Part shown: piece after piece, positions 56,561 to 64,000 of the stretch | Numbering within the stretch: the first letter of the stretch is position 1 | Layout: every line of letters starts with the position of its first letter | Assembly: GCA_034659475.1 (NCBI GenBank) | Contig: JAYEHK010000155.1 | Span: 1,279 to 65,278 of the forward strand | Source of the DNA: Bacillota bacterium | GTDB taxonomy: Bacteria; Bacillota; Syntrophomonadia; Syntrophomonadales; Syntrophomonadaceae | Reading direction: 5' to 3' | DNA length: 64,000 nt | The notes under the pieces: model-generated | Seen by the model: only the letters and a program-made list of their open reading frames with translations | The model's database searches: none | What the model was told of the DNA's origin: nothing | Program-made: the position numbers and the translations under genes

Positions 56561-58099
56561 TTATTCCACCAGCGATCGCCCGGTCATTTCTGGGGGCAGG
56601 GGGATGTTCATTATGGAGAGCAGCGTGGGGGCTACGTCTCGCAGGGAGCCTTCTTCTCGCAGCGTTTTTTCTTTGTATTTTTCCGAAACGAGAACAAAAG
56701 GAACAAGGTTCGTGGTATGTGCAGTAAATGGGAACCCTGTTTCTGGGCTAACCATTTCTTCACAGTTCCCGTGGTCTGCTGTGATAAGAACTGTCCCCTG
56801 CTTCTCCAGGACCTTATCAACAACCTGTATCAAACATTCATCAACAGTATGAACAGCCTCAATGGCTGCTTCCAACACTCCAGTGTGTCCTACCATATCT
56901 GGATTGGCGTAATTCATAATACAGACATCATAGGTATCCTTGTCTAATTCTTCAAGCATTCGCGCTGTTAATTCTCTGGCGCTCATTTCCGGTTTGAGAT
57001 TATAGGTTGCTACATCAGGAGAGGGAATGAGAATGCGTTCCTCACCTGGATTGGGTTCTTCCACCCCACCGTTGAAAAAGAACGTAACATGTGCATATTT
57101 TTCCGTCTCCGCGATGCGAAGCTGTTTAACGTCCTTTTCAGCCAGGACTTCTCCCAAGGTGTTTTTTAGATTCTGGGGTTTATAAGCAACCGGCACCTCA
57201 AGCTGAATATCATACTCTGTCATGCAGACATAACAAATATCAGGTACTTTTCTTCTTTTAAATCCCTTGCATTCTTTATCAACCAGCGCATGGCTGATCT
57301 GTCTGGCCCGATCTGCCCGGAAATTGAAGAAAATAACACTATCGCCGTCATTGATCGTTCCTCTTGGGTTGCCCTTATCATCTACCAGAACAACGGGCTC
57401 GACAAATTCATCTGTGACTCGTTCCTCATACGATCTTTCAATCGCCGCCTGCGCATTAGGAGAAGGAACGCCCTCTCCCAGTACCATTGCATCATATGCT
57501 TTTTCAATACGATCCCAGCGATTATCACGATCCATGCCGTAATAGCGGCCACCCAGCGTGGCGATTTGCCCAATACCAAGCTCCTGCATCTTCATTTCCA
57601 ATGCATCAATGTATTGCTGGGCACTTTTCGGAGCAACGTCTCTTCCATCCAGGAATCCATGCACATAAACGCGTTTCACCTGCTGTTCTTTACACATTTC
57701 CAGCAGAGCATAGAGGTGGGTCATTAGACTGTGCACGCCGCCATCGGAGAGCAACCCCACGAGGTGTACAGCACCATCATTTTTCACAGCCTGCTGCATA
57801 GCCCGGATAAATTCTTTATTGTCAAAAAAACTTCGGTTCTCAATCGCATTACCGAGTCGAGTGATCTCCTGATAGACAATCCGACCCGCACCCATGTTTA
57901 GATGCCCCACTTCGGAATTACCCATCTGACCATCTGGAAGGCCTACACATTTCCCACAACATTTAAGCACCGTAGAAGGATAAGTACCCTGCAGACTTTT
58001 AAAATTCACCGGATTGGCACAGGTCACGGCATTGTCATCACAGGGATGCCGTAATCCCCACCCATCCAAAATCATTAATACCACCGGTTGTTTAGCCAT
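56561..58099 (-). CDS. gpmI: 2,3-bisphosphoglycerate-independent phosphoglycerate mutase
   Basis: MAKQPVVLMILDGWG..., SEVGHLN, ADHGN motifs. 512 aa. Confidence 0.95.
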   Translation of the reverse strand: MAKQPVVLMILDGWGLRHPCDDNAVTCANPVNFKSLQGTYPSTVLKCCGKCVGLPDGQMGNSEVGHLNMGAGRIVYQEITRLGNAIENRSFFDNKEFIRAMQQAVKNDGAVHLVGLLSDGGVHSLMTHLYALLEMCKEQQVKRVYVHGFLDGRDVAPKSAQQYIDALEMKMQELGIGQIATLGGRYYGMDRDNRWDRIEKAYDAMVLGEGVPSPNAQAAIERSYEERVTDEFVEPVVLVDDKGNPRGTINDGDSVIFFNFRADRARQISHALVDKECKGFKRRKVPDICYVCMTEYDIQLEVPVAYKPQNLKNTLGEVLAEKDVKQLRIAETEKYAHVTFFFNGGVEEPNPGEERILIPSPDVATYNLKPEMSARELTARMLEELDKDTYDVCIMNYANPDMVGHTGVLEAAIEAVHTVDECLIQVVDKVLEKQGTVLITADHGNCEEMVSPETGFPFTAHTTNLVPFVLVSEKYKEKTLREEGSLRDVAPTLLSIMNIPLPPEMTGRSLVE

Positions 58100-58850
58100 T
58101 TATCCCCAACCTCACGATCTTTGCAAAATCAGATGGATTAAGACTTGCACCGCCAACCAGCGCGCCGTCGATATCCTCCTTCAACATGAGCTGTTCCGTG
58201 TTGGCTGGTTTTACACTGCCTCCATATAATACAGGAACATCCTGTGCTGTGTTCTCATCATATAGAACAGAAAGACATTCCCTGATAAACCTGCACATTT
58301 CCTGGGCATCATCGGGGCTCGCATTAACACCCGTTCCGATCGCCCAGACAGGTTCATAGGCAACCACAAGCCCCCGACTGGAAAACGTGATTTCTTTCAA
58401 ACCTTCCTGCATTTGTTCTTTTACAACCTCACGCGCCATCTGGTTTTCACGCTCCTGAAGGGTTTCTCCCACACAGAAGATAGGAATCAATCCTGCAGAC
58501 AGAGCCGCCTTTATTTTGCGATTGATCTGAGTATTGTTTTCTCCTATGACGCTACGCCTTTCCGAGTGTCCAATGATAACATAACCACAGCCACTATCCG
58601 TCAGCATTGATGGAGCTATTTCACCGGTATAAGCCCCTTTTTCCTCCCAGAATAGGTTTTGCGCACCCAGACTTATGTTGCTGTTTTGTACCGCCATATT
58701 CATGATTAATAGCGCTGTAAAGGGCGGACAAATAACAATATCAACAGCTTTTAAATCAGCCACCTCGGGCACAAATTCTTTCATAAAATCTTGGGCTTCT
58801 GTTTGGAGTTTATGCATTTTCCAATTTGCAGCGAAGAATGGTTTTCTCAT
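58092..58850 (-). CDS. tpiA: Triosephosphate isomerase
   Basis: FAANWKMH, IIGHSERR, AYEPVWAIGTG. GGAGG RBS before MRKPFF. Confidence 0.95.
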   Translation of the reverse strand: MRKPFFAANWKMHKLQTEAQDFMKEFVPEVADLKAVDIVICPPFTALLIMNMAVQNSNISLGAQNLFWEEKGAYTGEIAPSMLTDSGCGYVIIGHSERRSVIGENNTQINRKIKAALSAGLIPIFCVGETLQERENQMAREVVKEQMQEGLKEITFSSRGLVVAYEPVWAIGTGVNASPDDAQEMCRFIRECLSVLYDENTAQDVPVLYGGSVKPANTEQLMLKEDIDGALVGGASLNPSDFAKIVRLGING

Positions 58851-58894
58851 TTCGTACACCTCCTCAGTATCCTATTTTCGGTGATAAAAATAAT

Positions 58895-60070
58895 CTACAC
58901 TTCACAGGATTTTACACCCGGCAGTTCCATTCCTTCCAGGAACTCCAGTGTAGCGCCACCACCAGTAGAAATATGGGTTACTTCTTTTTCAATACCCAGC
59001 GTATGGAAAGCGGCTGCCGTATCTCCCCCTCCAATTACTGATACCGCATTTGAACGAGCTACTGCATGGGCAACCTCATTGGTTCCCCTGGCAAAGTTTT
59101 TAAATTCATAGACACCAAGCGGACCATTCCATATAATGGTGCACGCCTCTGCAATCGCTTTTCCAAATCGTTCTACGGTAGAGGATCCAATATCGACGAT
59201 CATTTGATCATCAAGTATTTGCTGAACACTGACCTGCTCAAAAGCAGCATCGGCTTTGAACTCTGAAACCACAACGGCATCCGAGGGAAGCAATATTTTT
59301 TTGCCTTTCTCCTCAGCCAACTCCATTAATTTTCGGGCTTCATCCATCAGTTCATCCTCACAAAGCGATTTGCCAATATTGAAACCTTTGGCCTTAAGAA
59401 AAGTGCAGGCCATACTGCCACCCAGCAAAAGCACATCCATTTTGTCCAAAAGGTTTCTGATCAAGCCCAGTTTATCCTTGACTTTAGCACCACCCAATAT
59501 TGCCATTCTGGGACTCTGGGGAAGTTCCATCACTTGGCGAAGCATGTTCACTTCATTTTCCAAAAGAAAACCCGCATATGACGGAAGGTAATCAGCAACC
59601 CCTGCGGTAGAAGCATGTGCACGGTGAGCTGTTCCAAAAGCATCATTAACATAGATCTCCCCGATTGATGCCAGCGCTCTGGCAAAGGCAGCATCATTTT
59701 TTTCTTCCTCCGGGTAGAAGCGAACATTCTCTAGCATAAGAATGTCCCCCTGGTTCAATTGGTCCACCATTTTTTCGACACCTGGTCCGATACAATCCTC
59801 TGCCATTTTAACTTCACGGCCAAGGATCGTGCTCAAATGATTGGCAATCGGCAGGAGACTGTATTTTTCGCTGCGTTTTCCCTTGGGTCGTCCCATATGG
59901 CTCATTAAAATAAGTTTTCCGCCATTCTGCAGCACATACTGTATGGTGGGAAGAGCTGCCTGAATACGGTTATCATCCGTAATCTTCCCCTCCTCACTCA
60001 TAGGAACATTAAAATCAACTCTTATCAATACTCGTTTTCCAGAAATATCTGCATCTTTTATGGTCCTCAA
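58895..60070 (-). CDS. pgk: Phosphoglycerate kinase
   Basis: RVDFNVP, typical N- and C-domains (GGGDTAAA). Confidence 0.95.
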   Translation of the reverse strand: MRTIKDADISGKRVLIRVDFNVPMSEEGKITDDNRIQAALPTIQYVLQNGGKLILMSHMGRPKGKRSEKYSLLPIANHLSTILGREVKMAEDCIGPGVEKMVDQLNQGDILMLENVRFYPEEEKNDAAFARALASIGEIYVNDAFGTAHRAHASTAGVADYLPSYAGFLLENEVNMLRQVMELPQSPRMAILGGAKVKDKLGLIRNLLDKMDVLLLGGSMACTFLKAKGFNIGKSLCEDELMDEARKLMELAEEKGKKILLPSDAVVVSEFKADAAFEQVSVQQILDDQMIVDIGSSTVERFGKAIAEACTIIWNGPLGVYEFKNFARGTNEVAHAVARSNAVSVIGGGDTAAAFHTLGIEKEVTHISTGGGATLEFLEGMELPGVKSCEV

Positions 60071-60095
60071 CGTTCGTACACCCCCGGTAGATTAA

Positions 60096-61100
60096 TTAAA
60101 ATTTAGATGCCACATAAGCAACCAAGTCTACAACTCTCAATGAATAGGCCCATTCGTTGTCATACCAGGCAATTACTTTGGTCATTTTATCGTCCATGGT
60201 CATGGTCAGCAATCCATCAACAACCGAGCTGCACGGTTCTCCATTATAATCTCTTGAAACCAGCGGTTCTTCAGTATATTTCAAGATCCCTTTCAAACTG
60301 CCTTCTGCCGCCTTTTTAAATGCTTGATTAAGGTCTTCCGCAGTCGCTTTATTATTTATTTGTACAGTAAGGTCTACCAGAGACACATTAGGAGTCGGAA
60401 CTCTGACAGCCATCCCATCCAGTTTACCCTTCAGTTCAGGAATAACTAATCCAACAGCCGCTGCCGCACCAGTGGTTGTTGGAATCAGCGACGCGGATGC
60501 GGTTCTTGCCCGTCTTAAATCACTGTGCTCCATGTCAAGCACACGCTGGTCATTGGTAAAAGAATGAATGGTGGTCATCAGTCCTTTTTCAATCCCAAAA
60601 TTGTCTAATATCACCTTCGCGGCTGGTGCCAAACAGTTGGTGGTACAGGAGGCATTCGAAATGATGTCATGATTGGCAGGGTCATATTGATCATGATTTA
60701 CACCCATAACTGCTGTGAAGTCTACATTTTTTCCTGGTGCTGTGATAATTACTTTTTTAGCCCCTGCCGTTATATGCTTGCCAGCTTTCTCTTTGGTTCG
60801 GAATGCACCGGTTCCTTCCACGACCACTTCAACACCCAGTTCCTTCCAGGGAAGTTTTTCAGGATCACGTTCTGCTAAATATAGAAACCGTTTTCCACCC
60901 GCAACGATACTGTCGCCTTCTACTCTAACCTCTCCCTCATATTGACCATGAACCGAATCATATTTAAAGAGATGTGCACCTCCGGCTGGATCGCCCAGAT
61001 CGTTGACTGCTACCACCTCGATGTCATCTCTGCCTAGCGCCGCCCGAGTAACCAGGCGTCCAATTCTCCCAAAGCCGTTAATCCCAATTTTCACTGTCAT
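60096..61100 (-). CDS. gap: Type I glyceraldehyde-3-phosphate dehydrogenase
   Basis: MTVKIGINGFGRIGR, SNASCTTNCLAP. GAAAGGA RBS. Confidence 0.95.
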   Translation of the reverse strand: MTVKIGINGFGRIGRLVTRAALGRDDIEVVAVNDLGDPAGGAHLFKYDSVHGQYEGEVRVEGDSIVAGGKRFLYLAERDPEKLPWKELGVEVVVEGTGAFRTKEKAGKHITAGAKKVIITAPGKNVDFTAVMGVNHDQYDPANHDIISNASCTTNCLAPAAKVILDNFGIEKGLMTTIHSFTNDQRVLDMEHSDLRRARTASASLIPTTTGAAAAVGLVIPELKGKLDGMAVRVPTPNVSLVDLTVQINNKATAEDLNQAFKKAAEGSLKGILKYTEEPLVSRDYNGEPCSSVVDGLLTMTMDDKMTKVIAWYDNEWAYSLRVVDLVAYVASKF

Positions 61101-62130
61101 TATGTTCATCCTTTCCATTAATGATGTTTTGCGCTACCCCTTCATCGGTGATCAACACAGATTCTTGTTTATGCTGCAGTACGGCTTTAATCGCCTCTGC
61201 TTTGTTACTTCCTCCTGCAACGGCAACAATGTTTTTAATATTTTTCAGGTCACTGGTCTCAAGACCTATGCCTGGTATCTCAAAGATTATCTTGCCCCAC
61301 CGATCGAAATAATACCGTAAGGCTTCGCCCATTCCTTCATTTTCCTGTAAAAATTTAATTTCGTCTGCTGATAATCCCCTCTTTTCAGCCATTTCCAGCG
61401 CCGGTCCAATCCCATGAACCAGAATATCCGCTGATTTGATCTTCTCCACAACCCGGGTAATATGTATATCTTTTTGCAGGGCTTTGGCCGTACTTTCCTC
61501 CAGATTATCCGGGATATGCAACAACCTGTACTGGGCTCCGATCGTATCTGCAATCCTCGCCGCGATACTACCGGCCTGTGTCTCTACGTTTTCTCCCAGG
61601 CCACCCCGTGCTGGAAGAACACAGATATCAGCACAATTTACACCCGGGCGCATAGACCGCGCCATCCCAGCCAGTGTTGAGCCTCCGGTAACTGCCAGAA
61701 TACATCCCGGGAAAAGAATACGTCGCAGATACTCCGCTGCGGCACGCCCCAGATCTTCTCTGGTATAATTGCTTAAATAAGAATCCCCAGGAACAATGAT
61801 CACTTCATCCAGATCAAATCTTCTCTTCAACTGCTCTGACAGTGATTGCAGCTTGAAAAGACAGGGAATAATCTCATCCACCTCCCTAAGCATCTCCTCA
61901 CCATAAGACGTGATGTAGATACCAGCCGGTGTACTGATAAGCGCGCCCTTCGCTTTCAGCAAGTCTACCTCTGAACGAACCAGTCTCTCCGAACACCCCA
62001 CAGTTTTCCCCAGTTGTCTCCTCCCCACTGGTTGCTGATAAAGAATCTGCCGAAGAATCTGATAGCGGTTTTCCATCATTTCAACCGCTTCAGGCGCAAA
62101 TCGTTCAATAATACCCAAAAGTCGATTCAT
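61078..62130 (-). CDS. cggR: Central glycolytic genes regulator (SorC/DeoR-type)
   Basis: N-terminal wHTH and a SorC sugar-phosphate binding domain. It is in the canonical position upstream of gap. The start MNRLLG follows a GAGGT RBS. The 3' end overlaps gap by 23 nt. Confidence 0.85.
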   Translation of the reverse strand: MNRLLGIIERFAPEAVEMMENRYQILRQILYQQPVGRRQLGKTVGCSERLVRSEVDLLKAKGALISTPAGIYITSYGEEMLREVDEIIPCLFKLQSLSEQLKRRFDLDEVIIVPGDSYLSNYTREDLGRAAAEYLRRILFPGCILAVTGGSTLAGMARSMRPGVNCADICVLPARGGLGENVETQAGSIAARIADTIGAQYRLLHIPDNLEESTAKALQKDIHITRVVEKIKSADILVHGIGPALEMAEKRGLSADEIKFLQENEGMGEALRYYFDRWGKIIFEIPGIGLETSDLKNIKNIVAVAGGSNKAEAIKAVLQHKQESVLITDEGVAQNIINGKDEHNDSENWD

Positions 62131-62174
62131 ACCATACCTCAATAAACTTACTGAAGAGATAAAATAACTATGCG

Positions 62175-62210
62175 CGGGATCATTATATACTACAGGGACA
62201 TTTTTGTCCC
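62175..62210. promoter_or_regulatory. Candidate CggR operator overlapping the cggR promoter -10
   Basis: CGGGATCATTATATACTACAGGGACATTTTTGTCCC has two GGGA(T/C)-N6-type repeats, like the B. subtilis CGGGAC-N6-TGTC tandem operator (from memory). The minus strand reads TATAAT between the repeats. Confidence 0.5.
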
Positions 62211-62318
62211 ACCAGATTTAAAAAAACACACAATTCAAACCTTCTTCGTGATTATTATAGCACTTTTATTTAAAAATGATGCACAAAATATTAATTACTT
62301 CCTTCCTTCGTATTTCAA

Positions 62319-62356
62319 AGGGGAGGGTTTCGCGTGTTAACGCTAAACCCTCCCCT
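62319..62356 (-). terminator. Hairpin terminator after the darA-like gene
   Basis: AGGGGAGGGTTT-14 nt-AAACCCTCCCCT, followed on the minus strand by TTGAAATAC (weak U-tract). Confidence 0.55.
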
Positions 62357-62365
62357 GATCTCCCT

Positions 62366-62665
62366 CTATAAATGAAGCATTTTCTCAATCGGCATAATAA
62401 ACACCGTCGCCAGACCTTCCTTAACTTTGTCCGGGCACTGATTTCCCTCCAGGCGTTCTAGTTTTTTCTTTTCCGTATAATCTTTAATTGTTTGGATGAC
62501 GACCTGAACTTCTTCACCTTCAACACCACTCATCAACGTCGTGCTACCATGCCTTAAAAAACCGCCAGAACTAGCTAACCGCGTCACAGGGATGTTTTTT
62601 TGCACTAGCTTCTCAACGAGTCCCGGTGCAATCTGGTCGTTAACCACTGCCATAACTAATTTCAT
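62366..62665 (-). CDS. darA: PII-like cyclic-di-AMP receptor (DUF970, YaaQ/DarA/PstA family)
   Basis: MKLVMAVVNDQIAPGLVEKLVQKNIPVTRLASSGGFLRHGSTTLMSGVE aligns closely, from memory, with B. subtilis YaaQ (MKLIVAVVQDQDSNRLL...[23 protein letters not shown]). Confidence 0.75.
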   Translation of the reverse strand: MKLVMAVVNDQIAPGLVEKLVQKNIPVTRLASSGGFLRHGSTTLMSGVEGEEVQVVIQTIKDYTEKKKLERLEGNQCPDKVKEGLATVFIMPIEKMLHL

Positions 62666-62668
62666 ACG

Positions 62669-64000
62669 CTATCCGACCTCCTTATTAATCGCTACCGTAT
62701 AGGCATTAATAATATCGCTTCTGCTAATAATCCCCACCAGTTTCGCCGGATCATCTGCGTCCACCACCGGCAATCTGCCCACATCTCCTTTTGCCATCTG
62801 ATCCATAACCGTACGAATACTGTCTTCGGGATATACGGTAAGCGGATTGCGGTGTACAATATCACCAACCTGACAGTTCCGGTTCCCTTTCTTTATTTCA
62901 TCCAATACCTCTTCGTAGGTAATAATCCCCGCCAGTTGATCCTCCATCATGACCGGATAACCGGTGTAGCTCTGCGACAGAAGGCGTTCCTTGACTTCTT
63001 CCACACCCATGTTTGCGTCCAGCGTCACGACCTCTCGTGTCATTACCTCTGAAACAGAAACTTGCCCTAACAGGGTTACATTCTTATTCCTGCGAACATC
63101 CAACCCTCTTCGCATCAGTTTTTCGGTGTAGATGGTTTCTGGGTATAATCCCCTCGTCACCAGTGAGCTTATCACACACACCACCATTAATGGAAGCACG
63201 ACTTTGTAATCCCCCGTCATTTCAAAAAGCATAATAATCCCGGTGATGGGTGCCTGCGACATGCCAGCAAAGACACCCCCATTCCAACCAGTGCATATGC
63301 ACCTGCAGGTGCTGTAATCATTGGAAAATAGGTATGAACAAAATATCCGAAACTCCCCCCCAGCATAGATCCCATAAAGAGTCCCGGCGCAAAGACACCT
63401 CCCGATCCACCAGATCCGATCGTGATGGAAGTGGCCAACAGTTTAACAAAAAGCAATGTAAAAACGAGTATCCATGGAAGACCATTTTTCAAGACATCTT
63501 CAACCGTTTCATATCCCACACCAAAAACTTGTGGAAAGTATAGGCCGATTACACCGATCATAAGACCGCCAATAACCGGTTTAAAATATTCAGGCACTAC
63601 GGTTATCCTGTCAAATGCATCTTCTGCCCGGTACAGTACTTTGATATATAACACTGCAAACAAACCTGCTAAAACTCCTAATACAAGGTAAAACAACATC
63701 TCAACCGATGACACCAATTCATATGGCTGAACCATGAATGCCGGGTAATCTCCGAGAAATACCCGACTAATAACAGCTGATGTAACCGAACTGATTACAA
63801 TCAAAATAAAATTACTGGTTGCAAATTCACCCAGAATGATTTCCTGCGCAAACATGACGCCGCCTATTGGTGCATTAAATGTGGCTGAAATCCCTCCAGC
63901 AGCGCCACACGCAACCAGCGTTTTCATAATATTGGGGGTAAGCTTGAAAGCCTGTCCAACAGCCGATCCAATGGCAGAAGAGATCTGAACAATCGGTCCT
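62669..64000 (-). pseudogene. ClC chloride channel with a C-terminal CBS pair, split by a frameshift (5' end outside the window)
   Basis: The two ORFs 63217-63927+ and 62669-63262 overlap in different frames. Upstream it reads GPIVQISSAIGSAVGQ...GGSGGVFAPGLFMG...YALVGMGV, then the frame is lost. The second ORF resumes with MSQAPITGIIMLFEMTGDY and two CBS domains. Confidence 0.8.

Noticed and set aside
61078-61100. The 23-nt overlap of cggR and gap as a sign of a frameshift or fusion
   Set aside because: Both proteins look complete, and gap has a good RBS inside the cggR tail. The overlap is compatible with a slightly extended CggR C-terminus.

Overview
This looks like a chromosomal segment from a low-GC, Gram-positive-type anaerobe (Clostridia-like). 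That is an inference from SLH wall anchors, a ferredoxin oxidoreductase operon, a T-box leader and Bacillus-like gene order. No rRNA, tRNA or CRISPR is visible.

Right part (about 42-64 kb, all minus strand): a housekeeping backbone. In order it carries a ClC channel (frameshifted, runs off the window), a darA-like gene, cggR-gap-pgk-tpiA-gpmI-eno, secG, hppA, an esterase, an RND efflux pair, an HD protein, and rnr-smpB-ssrA (tmRNA).

Next to ssrA (34.5-42 kb): an accessory patch. It holds dinD with an in-frame stop, a decayed group II intron RT, an SNF2 helicase coupled to a SWIM protein, a nucleotidyltransferase/HI0074 pair and an unknown 310-aa protein.

Left part: a MATE exporter; an MBL hydrolase; a 3219-aa SLH-anchored surface protein preceded by a 380-aa ORF that carries the signal peptide; an AgrA/AgrC-like two-component system; a four-subunit 2-oxoacid:ferredoxin oxidoreductase operon behind a T-box leader and followed by a CbiT-like pseudo-methyltransferase; an orphan histidine kinase; two secreted proteins; BlaI/BlaR1; an ABC-F ATPase; and dapA with a divergent LysR regulator.

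Most noteworthy observations:
1. A (CCCGG)3 pentanucleotide tract lies 11 nt before the junction that separates the signal peptide from the giant SLH protein. Loss of one unit would fuse the two ORFs.
2. The T-box (probable Ile specifier) upstream of the oxidoreductase operon.
3. Several families of structured intergenic repeats mark module boundaries: GGGACG hairpins, octamer (AGTTGGNN)4 elements, heptamer (GTNAGGN)4 hairpins and a ~280-bp palindrome.
4. A frameshift in a C5 homopolymer splits the ClC-CBS gene.

All calls come from reading the sequence and recalling protein families. No searches were run. Coordinates of non-coding features may be off by 1-2 nt.
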